The notes beneath the pieces are model-generated. The model was not told the DNA's origin, ran no database searches, and worked only from the letters and a program-made list of their open reading frames with translations. Positions 42,860 to 52,363 of a stretch of 64,000 nucleotides of DNA are shown here, piece after piece; the stretch's first letter is position 1; the number at the start of each line of letters is the position of its first letter. The DNA comes from an uncultured Methanosarcinaceae archaeon (GTDB lineage Archaea; Halobacteriota; Methanosarcinia; Methanosarcinales; Methanosarcinaceae), in NCBI GenBank assembly GCA_963847185.1, contig CAWJYV010000008.1, forward strand, positions 800,001-864,000, written 5' to 3'. The position numbers were made by a program, and so were the translations under genes.

Positions 42860-44026
42860 CTAAACTTTTAAATGACTGTAATATAAAATTAGTCTGGATA
42901 CTATTTTTTCCCAATCATATTCTCCAGCTTTACGTAAAACTATATTGGAGAATTTGTTGTAAGAAACTTCTTTTTTAATCACCTTCTTGATACTTTCTGC
43001 AATCTCCCTATCTCCAAGTACCACAATAAACCCATCCAGTCCATCTTCAACAAGTGACTGTGCTGCGTTATATTTCTCATTTACAGTCGCCACAGGTACC
43101 CCACAGGCAAAAGCCTCTATTACGACCATCCCGAAGCCTTCTCTACTTGAGGGCAGCACAAGCATCTTTGAAGCCTTAATTTTCCCTATTAGTTCCCTAT
43201 ACTCCTGAAAGCCCGCAAACTCAATATTTTCGTAAACTCTCATTTTCTTCGAAAGCTCAACCAGAGAGTTCTTTTCAGGCCCATCTCCAACAACGCAGCA
43301 CTTAATTTTCGGAAAAGTGGGTTTTAACAGAGCCAAAGCTTTAATCAAGACATCAACATTCTTTTCTTTTATAAGCCGTCCGGCAAAAATTACATCATAA
43401 ATCTTTTTTTCCGCTTCTGCAGAAGCCCAGTCACCTTCAGGTTCAATATCCGAAATTCTTTTAAGATCTATACCGTTTGGGATAACCGCAATCTTCTTTT
43501 CGGGGGTACCAAGCGTTTCAAGCCTCTTCTTAGTCCAATCCGAAACCGCTATATTATTCCCTGATACTTTTGAAACCATTTTTTCTATTATCATCCCGAA
43601 AAAACCCTTATTTTTTCCCAGGTATTCGTACCAGTAATCATTCCATACTTCATGCCATGTAAATACCGAAGGAGTTTTTTTCAGGAATGAGATTGCCTTT
43701 ACGGTGAAACAGGAAAAATAGGGAAAGACACTTACATCTATAAGGTCGAACTTTTCTTTTCTGAGTACCGGAAATAATTTTACAGCAAACACAAGTGCTT
43801 CGGAGATTGAACGCCTGCCGTTAACGTACAGACTTCGGGCTTTGCAAACCCCGTGCAGGGTCATACCTTCGTACTTAATAGTATCTTCGCCTTCCCACCA
43901 TTTGATCCCGAAAATGTGTATTTCATATCCTCTGGTCGAGAGGCGTTTTCCCAATTCATGGATACGCATTTCTGCGCCGCCCTTTACCCAGGGATAGATG
44001 GCATCATATACGAAGGCGATTTTCAT
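42860..44026 (-). CDS. Glycosyltransferase family 4
   Basis: GGAE, AGRLIKEK, REGFGMVVIEAFACG. Confidence 0.92.
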   Translation of the reverse strand: MKIAFVYDAIYPWVKGGAEMRIHELGKRLSTRGYEIHIFGIKWWEGEDTIKYEGMTLHGVCKARSLYVNGRRSISEALVFAVKLFPVLRKEKFDLIDVSVFPYFSCFTVKAISFLKKTPSVFTWHEVWNDYWYEYLGKNKGFFGMIIEKMVSKVSGNNIAVSDWTKKRLETLGTPEKKIAVIPNGIDLKRISDIEPEGDWASAEAEKKIYDVIFAGRLIKEKNVDVLIKALALLKPTFPKIKCCVVGDGPEKNSLVELSKKMRVYENIEFAGFQEYRELIGKIKASKMLVLPSSREGFGMVVIEAFACGVPVATVNEKYNAAQSLVEDGLDGFIVVLGDREIAESIKKVIKKEVSYNKFSNIVLRKAGEYDWEKIVSRLILYYSHLKV

Positions 44027-44034
44027 TGCATCAC

Positions 44035-45180
44035 TTACCAGTCGGTATCCACTTCAAGAAGCATCACGCTTACAAAAATCGCAGCAAAGATCAGCTGTAG
44101 CCCAACTGCCGCAAGTACCATTGAAATAACTGCGGATTCCACCTCTTCAAGAGATCCGTATCCAGAATTGATCCAGTTATAAGCAACCTTCAGCCCGAGA
44201 ATTAGGCCTGAGCCCAGGATAAGGGAGCCTCCAAGCAGTTCTTTTTCGAGAGAGTGATAACTCAGCAGTTTCCTGCTTTTTTTACCGTTCCGGTACATGC
44301 CATGGATCAGACCGTATGTTTTCATGTACCCTCCGGTGGCAAGAGTTTGTCCTCCAATAATTAAGAGCATGCTGCCTAAAATAAAGGAATGTAACCGGTT
44401 GTATGCAGCACTCTCAGTGAGAAGGAGAGAAGTGGTTATAAGAAAACCGAGAATAAACACAAAAGCACCTGGCAGGTAAAGGAAAGGAACTGGTTGATAG
44501 AGCATCATGAAGCGGACGTGCCGCCAGCCGTCCTGAAATGAACGCAGTTTGGAAGGGGCTCTGCGTGAGTAATAAGTAATGGGTACTTCTTCAATTCTCA
44601 ATCCACTTTTTGCGGCTTCAATTATCATTTCGGATGCTAACTCCATTCCGTGAGTTTTAAGGTTCATTTTCTCAAGAGCTTCTTTTGTAAAAGCCCTCAT
44701 CCCGCAGTGAGCATCTGAAATTTTTGTTTTGAAGAGGAAGTTGAGCATTCCGGTCAATAGAGGGTTGCCTACGTACTGGTGTAGCCAGGGCATAGCTCCT
44801 TTTTTGATATTGCCTTTAAGTCTGCTTCCCATTACAAAATCCGCTTCTCCTGCCATAAGGGGGTCAAGAAATTTATCGAGCTCAAGCAGATCGTAAGTAT
44901 TGTCCGCGTCTGCAATAGCGATATACTCTCCCTTTGCTTCGGCAAGCCCTTTTAGATAGGCATTTCCATATCCTTTTATCGGGCCTATCACCTTTGCACC
45001 CATAGACGCTGCAATCTCTGGGGTTCTGTCTGATGAGTTGTCAGCAACTATGATCTCCCCTTCTATCCCATATTTTTTGAATATAGTCCGGGCTTTCTCT
45101 ATGCAAATTCGGATGGTTTCTTCTTCATTCATGGAAGGCATTACTATAGAAAGAAGGGGCATGTCGAGCTTATACAGCAT
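44035..45180 (-). CDS. GT2, polyprenol/dolichol-phosphate glycosyltransferase-like, with C-terminal TM helices
   Basis: MPSMNEE, GYGNA, DADNTY, GSR, DAHCGMRAF; hydrophobic C-terminus. Confidence 0.88.
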   Translation of the reverse strand: MLYKLDMPLLSIVMPSMNEEETIRICIEKARTIFKKYGIEGEIIVADNSSDRTPEIAASMGAKVIGPIKGYGNAYLKGLAEAKGEYIAIADADNTYDLLELDKFLDPLMAGEADFVMGSRLKGNIKKGAMPWLHQYVGNPLLTGMLNFLFKTKISDAHCGMRAFTKEALEKMNLKTHGMELASEMIIEAAKSGLRIEEVPITYYSRRAPSKLRSFQDGWRHVRFMMLYQPVPFLYLPGAFVFILGFLITTSLLLTESAAYNRLHSFILGSMLLIIGGQTLATGGYMKTYGLIHGMYRNGKKSRKLLSYHSLEKELLGGSLILGSGLILGLKVAYNWINSGYGSLEEVESAVISMVLAAVGLQLIFAAIFVSVMLLEVDTDW

Positions 45181-45452
45181 ATTTCCTAATAACTATTTTG
45201 ATACATCTCATTATCAGGAACTGGTAATTCCTAATCTACTTTTCCACAGTAGTGCCTGCAGCAGAATGAGGTTAGTAAAGCCCGGGACAGATGACATAAA
45301 AAAATTGACTCTTTCTAACAAGATATATAAGGCATCAGAAAATTGTTTTTAGGAAGGAATTTGGAGTTTTCGGAAAATCATCAAGTGCGTTATTTTTATT
45401 TGAAATCCGAATTTTTTACTTATATGTTAATTGACTTCTAAAAGGGGATTGA

Positions 45453-46082
45453 ATGGTTAAGATTAACGTAATATTTCACAGTATCTACGGGCACATTTAC
45501 AAGATGGCAGAAGCCGTAGCTGCAGGGGCAAGAGAGGTCGAAGGAGCTGAAGTAGAAATCTATCAGGTGCCTGAGACTCTGCCTGAAGAGGTTCTGGTGA
45601 AAATGGGGGCAATTGAGACAAAGAAGCTTTTTGCCCATATTCCTGTACTGACAAGGGATATGTACGAGGAAATATTTGCGGGAGCCGATGCGCTGATATT
45701 CGGAACTCCTACTCGTTATGGGATGATGACAGCACAGATGCGTACAGTCTTTGATGGGCTTGGAGGGTTATGGAGTAGAGATGCTCTTGTAGGAAAGGTA
45801 GGGAGCGTCTTCACTTCAAGCGGAACGCAGCATGGGGGCCAGGAATCCACAATCCTCACATCTCATGTCACCCTGCTTCATCTGGGAATGGTTATTGTAG
45901 GGCTTCCTTATGCAGAAAAAAGGCAGACAAGAATGGATGAAATTACAGGTGGGAGTCCATATGGTGCTTCAACAATTGCCGCAGGAGACGGAAGCCGCCA
46001 GCCGTCAGATAATGAGCTAGCAATGGCTCGTTACCAGGGTAGATATGTAACCCAAATCACAAAAAAAATAGCTGGAAAGTAA
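45453..46082 (+). CDS. wrbA: NAD(P)H:quinone oxidoreductase WrbA
   Basis: SIYGH, GTPTRYG, GTQHGGQE, GGSPYGA. Confidence 0.93.
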   Translation: MVKINVIFHSIYGHIYKMAEAVAAGAREVEGAEVEIYQVPETLPEEVLVKMGAIETKKLFAHIPVLTRDMYEEIFAGADALIFGTPTRYGMMTAQMRTVFDGLGGLWSRDALVGKVGSVFTSSGTQHGGQESTILTSHVTLLHLGMVIVGLPYAEKRQTRMDEITGGSPYGASTIAAGDGSRQPSDNELAMARYQGRYVTQITKKIAGK

Positions 46083-46850
46083 AAAGTAATGTCTTTGTTT
46101 TTTGAAATAAAAATGGATGGAAATTTTTTAAAATAAAAATGGATGGAAAACGTTTCCTTCTTAAAGGGTGTTCTCCATATTTTTCATTTTTTACCTTACA
46201 AAATGCTTAACCAAGACCTGGAAAGGAGGCTCCTCTGGACTTGAATTTTTCCTGAGCTTTTCTCAGGCATGCCAGAGTACAGTAAACTGCTTTATTTTCA
46301 GCATTTTCAAGGACAAAGAATTCCTTCCCACAAAAGGGGCATGTTTTTTTCACGTGAGTCATTGTAACCACGTTTTTAGAGTACTTATTGATATCATTTT
46401 TTTAATACATTTCTTAACATTACTCTATTCAATATAAACTTTGTTACTAATTTTATATACTCTCTGAAAAATATTAACTAAGTTGCCTTGCATAAATTTT
46501 CTTTTTTACAACCAAATATCTCTAAAGGAGAATTAAACTTTGACTTCCGTTAAATTCAATGTCAAAATTTATTTAGTAACTCTCTTATGAGGTAAGCTGT
46601 TCTCTAGGTTAAAATTTCGTTTTTCAGTAAAATTTTTTATCCTAAAGTATATGAGGCAATAAATTCAATTCTCTTAATAAATTCGATTTTCACATTCATT
46701 TAATTTTCTTTGATAGGGTTAAGTTAAGAGACAATTCAAACCCTATAGATTAAATACAGTTTGAAAAATATCTTACACTCTGTACTGCAATTTAAGGTAG
46801 ATTTTCTTTACAGAGGACAGGATTTAAGAGAAAAACAGGAGGTATCCGGG

Positions 46851-48859
46851 ATTAGGCCGCTTATTTTCGGAAATGGAAGAATCCTGATTTGTGAAGATGA
46901 AAAAGGGACTATAAGAGATGTCTATTTCCCATATGTCGGGCTTGAGAATCACGGTAACTCTATAAAGACAGGTATATGTGACCTTGATTCACTTTATTGC
47001 AGCTGGCTTGAAAACTGGAAAATAACTCAGCGGTACAAATCAAAGTTTGAAGAAGACTTCTATTCCCATATTCTCGAAATTACAGAATGCGGGGGAAATG
47101 TAGAAGGATTAAGAGAGGGAACTAAAGGCAAAAGAAGCCTGAAGCATGTAAAGAAATCGTTTCTAATATAGGAGAGACAACCTTCGAAAACTCCGACATA
47201 GGGCTTAAGGTCACTATCTGGGAGGCTGTCCACCCATCGGTAAATATCTTTTACAGGACCTTTGAGGTCAAGAATAATTCAAATGTCTCCAGACACCTGC
47301 GTCTTTTTTCCAACCAGAACTACCATATTCTCGAGACTAAAATCGGGGAAACTGCCGTAATTGATAAACAGAATCTTATCCATTACAAACGCGACCGTTA
47401 TTTTCTGCATGCAAGTGATCCGGCTTTTGATCAGTACGCTGTAGGGACTGCTGAATGGAAGGGGCTTGAAGGCACCTGGAAAGATATGGAAGATGATGCA
47501 ACCTTAAGTGGAAATCCTGTAGCTCACGGTTCCGTAGATTCCACGCTTGGCTGGACTCTTCCTGAACTGAAGCCCGGAGAAACTACAAGAGTACACTACT
47601 GGATTGTTCTCGGGAAGAAGTACTGCAACGTGCTCAAAATCCATAAACGAGTGAAGGAAGCTGGAAGAAACACTCTCTTTCATCATAATTTCAATTTCTG
47701 GAACTCTTTTACTGAAAGAGCATCTGTGCTTCCGGAATTCTCCTTCATGTCTCAGCTTCCTGAAAGAGTTTCAAAATGCTTTTACAGGAGCCTCCTTGCA
47801 GTTGTCGCGCACATGGATATTACGGGCTCAGTGATCGCATCCTGTGACTCGGATATAAAGCAGTTCGGGGCAGACCTGTACAGTTACTGCTGGCCCAGAG
47901 ACGCGGCCTGGGTCTGCCTTGCGCTTGACAGGGCGAGATATCACCACCTGAGTTCCGAGATTTTTGAGTTTTTCTCAAAGATTATTACCCATAGAGGCAA
48001 TTTCCTTCACAAGTATACTCCCGCAGGAGATTTCGGGAGCACATGGCACCCTGTACCCATGGTACAGATAGATGAAACGGGACTTCCCCTGTATGCCCTT
48101 TATAAAAACTGGGAAATTGCAAAGAGTGTATGGACAACAGGCAGGTACTACAGAGGACTTGTAATTCCTGCAGCTAACTACCTCATAAAAGCTCTTGACA
48201 AAACAACAGGCCTGCCAATTTCAAGTTTTGATCTGTGGGAAGAACGAAAAGGCATGCATACTTATAGTGCCTGCACGGTCTATGCCGGTCTTAACGGCGC
48301 CTCCGAACTTTCCCGTTCCCTTGGAGACTATGACAACGCAAACCGCTGGAAGGAAGCTGCAGATCGCATCAAAGAATCTATTCAGCAGAGACTCTATGAC
48401 GATAAACTCAAGCGTTTCAGGCGTTCTCTCGATGACCCTGCACTTGACTCCTCAGTATTTGCGGTCTGGTACTTTGGAATTCTTCCTGCTGATAATCCTA
48501 AAGTTGTAAGGACAATGGAAGCTATCGAACGCGAACTTAAACGTCCTTCAGGCGGGATTGCCAGATATCTTCACGACAGCTATTATGGCTATATGAATAG
48601 CTGGATAATTTGCACTCTATGGCTGTCCCAGTGGCATTCTGCAGTCGGAAACCTTGAAAAAGCCCTTGAACTTCTTGATTGGTGTGCAGCTCATGCTCAT
48701 CCATCAGGCCTTATGCCCGAACAGGTAGACAACAAAGGCAGACCTCTTTCTGTCCTCCCCCTTGCCTGGTCTCACTCAGCCTACCTGCTGGCCGTCCTTG
48801 AATACCTGCAAGCCCTTAATAAAAGAAAAGGCGGTATCTGCAGCTTCACTGAAGAGTGA
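46851..48859 (+). pseudogene. Glycoside hydrolase family 15 (glucoamylase-like), one frameshift near 47125; apparent ATT start
   Basis: N-terminal FGNG...YFPYVGLENH; catalytic YCWPRD, QIDETG, DLWEE, PEQ...PLAWSH. The downstream frame is open from about 47126 to 48859. Confidence 0.8.
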
Positions 48860-48975
48860 AAAATATCATTAGGAAACCGAATATTCCAAAAATTAATCCT
48901 CTTGTATGCGCACAGAGAAAGGAAAAAGTAACCCACAATAGTCCTCTTAATAGCATTGTAAACCCTCTTCTTTCC

Positions 48976-49231
48976 GAGGCTCAATTATAATTGCTGTAAG
49001 GGGTTTGTTAGAAATGTATGATCCCGAAAAATAAAAATTAAGCTATGAATCTTCACCAGAGATTAGTCCTCTTGAGCGAAGCGAAAAGGACCGCGTACTC
49101 CCGAGGCGCAATTCGGGGCGAAAAGGACCGCGTACTCCCGAGGCGCAATTCGGGGCGAAAAGGACCGCGTACTCCCGAGGCGCAATTCGGGACGAAAAGG
49201 ACTGCGTACTCCCGAGGCGCAATTCGGGAGT
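48976..49231 (+). repeat. GC-rich hairpin repeat array A: 4 x 37 bp (49081-49228) with conserved leader
   Basis: Unit GCGAAAAGGACCGCGTACTCCCGAGGCGCAATTCGGG; leader GAGGCTCAATTAT (48976) and CTTGAGCGAAGC (49071). Confidence 0.9.
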
Positions 49232-49668
49232 TAAAACCTTTTCTCAAAGTACAGGTACCCTTTTTCCTCTTTCTGGAATGTAAAGCCATGTTTGAGGTAC
49301 ATGTCTATCGCTTTAGTAAGAGTTGAATCGGTTTTAAGTACAGCACCTGAGCAGTTTTTTTCGGCAAAATCCAGGGCAGCCATAAAAAGCTTTTTTCCGT
49401 TGCCTGTTCCCCTGAAATCTTTTTTAAGGTATATGCGCCTGATTTCGCATATGCCCTCCTCAAGTTTTCTGACGCCTGCAGTGCCGACAACTCTCCCGGC
49501 TTCAACTCCTACAAAAAAAGTACCTCCGCGTCCAAAGTAATAACCTTTTATGTCCTTAAGATCTGAGTCTTTACTACTGTCAAACTCAAAGCCGTGCTCC
49601 AGCAGGACTTCAAGGATAATATCACGGACTTCTTCATTTCTGGAATCGTCATATGTCTGTATTATCAT
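49231..49668 (-). CDS. GNAT family acetyltransferase
   Basis: EIRRIYL, FRGTGNGKKL, AIDMYLKHGF. Confidence 0.9.
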   Translation of the reverse strand: MIIQTYDDSRNEEVRDIILEVLLEHGFEFDSSKDSDLKDIKGYYFGRGGTFFVGVEAGRVVGTAGVRKLEEGICEIRRIYLKKDFRGTGNGKKLFMAALDFAEKNCSGAVLKTDSTLTKAIDMYLKHGFTFQKEEKGYLYFEKRF

Positions 49669-49710
49669 TTTTCTCTCTCCCTGGCCAGACCTTAAGGTTT
49701 CTGTCTTCCT

Positions 49711-50982
49711 TTACCTGCCGGTTTCCAGACTTTTTTGTGATACTCCGGGGTTAAAATGTCTCTGAAAATTGAGGTATTTTTCAGGATTTCTCAGGAAGTC
49801 CAGGGAAATGGTGTAAAATATCTCTGTGCCGGTAATCAGGATATCTTCATCAATATCGAAGGTACAGGAATGGTTGATTTCCACAATTCTTTTTTCAGGA
49901 TTCCGGGTACCGAGTGAAATGAATATTCCGGGAACTTTTTGCAGGTAACCTGCAAAATCTTCGGCTGCAAAGGTTTTTCCTATATCCGGATAAATTGTGA
50001 GTTCCGGAAAACTCTCCTGCAGTTTTGAATCTACAGCATCCGTGAAAACAGGGTCATTTACCAGGACGGGATATCCATGCAGGATATCAAGATCATAGTC
50101 AGAAAAGCCTGAAAACTCCTCTCCGGATTTTATGTATTTTTTTACTACTGCATCAAGACACTCTTTTATTGTCCTGTCAATTATATCCGTTGTCTCTCTG
50201 TCAAAAGTCCGATAGCTTCCTAGAATTCCCACACTGTCAGGGATTCTATTGAACTGAGCTCCTCCCTGGATTCTCCCCACTCCAAGGACATATTTATCCT
50301 GCTCAAGTTGCTTCTCCAGAGCAGAATAGAGGCTATTTATGAAGTCTACTGCCATTCTCACAGGATCAATACATTTTGCAGGCAGTGAGATATGGCCTCC
50401 TTTTCCTTTAAGAATGACTTCAAAACGGTTAGTGCTTGCCATAAAAGGTCCTGGGCGAAGCCCTACACTTCCTGCCTCATGATTTGTAAATATATGCATA
50501 CCCATGACTGCGTCTGCGCCTTCAAGTCCACCTTCTGCAACCACCCTTTCCGAACCGCCTGGCGGGATTTCTTCTGCAGGCTGAAAGATAAGGCGGACTT
50601 CACCCGGAAAGTCTCTGTTTTCCTGAAAAAGCCGTGCAGCCCCAAAAAGCATTGCCATATGCCCATCATGCCCGCAGGCATGCATCACTCCATTATTTCT
50701 GGAAATGTAATCCCGGTTCCTTTCCGTCAATTCTTCCTGCACCTGCAGCCCGTCCGTATCTGTGCGAAGAGCGATACAGGGGCCGGGTAATGTCCCCTTA
50801 ATGCTTGCAAGCACACCGGTATCCGCAATTTTCCTGGCTTCTATTCCCAATTCTCCAAGAATTTTCAGGATTCTTTTCTGGGTTTCATGTTCTTCAAAAC
50901 TGAGTTCGGGGTACTGGTGAAATTCGCGTCTCAGCCGGATAATCCAGGCTTCAAGCGTTTTTGCACTCGATTTATCTCTCAA
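49711..50982 (-). CDS. M20 family amidohydrolase
   Basis: HQYPELSFEE, MHACGHDGH, FQPAEE, AEDF. Confidence 0.92.
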   Translation of the reverse strand: MRDKSSAKTLEAWIIRLRREFHQYPELSFEEHETQKRILKILGELGIEARKIADTGVLASIKGTLPGPCIALRTDTDGLQVQEELTERNRDYISRNNGVMHACGHDGHMAMLFGAARLFQENRDFPGEVRLIFQPAEEIPPGGSERVVAEGGLEGADAVMGMHIFTNHEAGSVGLRPGPFMASTNRFEVILKGKGGHISLPAKCIDPVRMAVDFINSLYSALEKQLEQDKYVLGVGRIQGGAQFNRIPDSVGILGSYRTFDRETTDIIDRTIKECLDAVVKKYIKSGEEFSGFSDYDLDILHGYPVLVNDPVFTDAVDSKLQESFPELTIYPDIGKTFAAEDFAGYLQKVPGIFISLGTRNPEKRIVEINHSCTFDIDEDILITGTEIFYTISLDFLRNPEKYLNFQRHFNPGVSQKSLETGR

Positions 50983-51055
50983 AAATATTACCTCGGATTT
51001 TCTGCACTGCAGTTTATTCCTACTGGCCTGTGATAATTACTCTATCTTCTAAAAT

Positions 51056-51134
51056 TACTTTCTTTTCTTCTTTAATGACTACTTTCTTTTCTTCTTTAAT
51101 GGCTACTTTCTTTTTCTTCTTTAATGACTACTTT
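51056..51134. repeat. 3 x 24-bp tandem repeat TACTTTCTTTTCTTCTTTAATGAC
   Basis: Units at 51056, 51080, 51104 plus a partial unit. Confidence 0.85.
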
Positions 51135-51353
51135 GTTCCGCCGTAATAATTACTGTATTCTATTTCTTCAGTATATATTACTCCAGGCATATATTAATCC
51201 ATTTTGTCATCTCATCCGTTAAAAACTAAAATACCTTAAACTACATACAGGAATGGTACAATACATTTCTTGTTATTGCTATAAGTTATTGGAAGGCAGG
51301 ACCAGAGTCCCCTAAAATCCAAATATCGTTTATATGTTCCAGGGATGGTATAA

Positions 51354-52295
51354 ATGCTTAAAACACGCCTGAGAGATTTTCTTGTCACGAAAGATGACTG
51401 GCTTTTTGCGGTTTCCGATTATTTCCGTAATGACGGGATCCGGGCTACACTTCGATATGTCCCGGATGAAAACGGAGAAAGGGAATTGAATGGAAAGCGG
51501 TATAAAAAATATGATTTCGGCCCGGCTTTCGAATTCATGAGGAAGCAAAGGCCTGAATGGGTAAAGGATGTTCATGTAGTTCCCGAATCCGAGGTAAAGA
51601 AGGTGCTTCGTCCCTCTGACGTGATTCCCGAACTCATAAATTCCGACAATCGCATAAGGGCAATTGTAAAAGTACTTGATATGGCCGGAGTTCCCAGGAC
51701 AAGTATGGGAGTTACGGGTTCAATACTTGCAGGCCTGCAAAATGAAAGCTCTGATATCGATTTCGTTGTCTATGGTCCTATGTGGTTCAGGGCAAGAGAT
51801 GCCATAACAGTTGCAAAACAGCAGGAAGGTCCTATAGATGAGATCGATGAAGAGATGTGGCAGAGAATCTACAGGAAAAGGATTCCTGAGATTTCTTTTG
51901 ACGAATTCATGCTGCATGAATCCAGAAAAGGGAATCGTGGCATGGTAGAGGGCACTTATTTTGACCTTCTTTTTGTAAGGGAATGGGATCAGATAAAAGA
52001 GCCTCTTCTACGTGGAAAGGACACAATAAAATTGAAGATCGAAGCTGAGGTTAAAAACGCTGATTTTGCTTTTGACAGCCCTGCTTATTACAAAGTCGAA
52101 CACGATGAGATCGATCACGTTCTCTCCTACACACATACCTATGCAGGCCAGGCTCTTCCCGGAGAGATCATAGAAGCATCCGGTGTCGTCGAAGAGGTAG
52201 GAGATATGAAGAGGCTTGTCGTAGGTACTTCAAGAGAGCCGAAAGGAGAATGGATAAGGTCCCTTACGTGGCTTGAGCAGTGCGGATATATTTGA
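51354..52295 (+). CDS. Pol-beta superfamily nucleotidyltransferase, function unknown
   Basis: GVTGS...SDIDFVVYG signature; likely OB-like C-terminus. Confidence 0.8.
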   Translation: MLKTRLRDFLVTKDDWLFAVSDYFRNDGIRATLRYVPDENGERELNGKRYKKYDFGPAFEFMRKQRPEWVKDVHVVPESEVKKVLRPSDVIPELINSDNRIRAIVKVLDMAGVPRTSMGVTGSILAGLQNESSDIDFVVYGPMWFRARDAITVAKQQEGPIDEIDEEMWQRIYRKRIPEISFDEFMLHESRKGNRGMVEGTYFDLLFVREWDQIKEPLLRGKDTIKLKIEAEVKNADFAFDSPAYYKVEHDEIDHVLSYTHTYAGQALPGEIIEASGVVEEVGDMKRLVVGTSREPKGEWIRSLTWLEQCGYI

Positions 52296-52363
52296 GAGTA
52301 AAAAGGAAAAAGAAAAGGAAAAGGAAAAGGAAAATTGAAGGAGCCCAAATTTCTTTTCTTTGG

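Noticed and set aside
46104-46149. AAATAAAAATGGATGGAAA duplicated; also TGCTGAAAAAGGC twice near 24163-24194
   Set aside because: Two-copy local duplications consistent with slippage; no further structure.
49081-49228. CRISPR array (37-bp palindromic repeats)
   Set aside because: Units are head-to-tail with no unique spacers and there are no cas genes; the same holds for 55892-56005.
49045-49326. ORFs 49045-49326, 49053-49289, 55853-56302 and the 55929 pheA extension
   Set aside because: They are translations of the GC-rich repeats or antisense to real genes.
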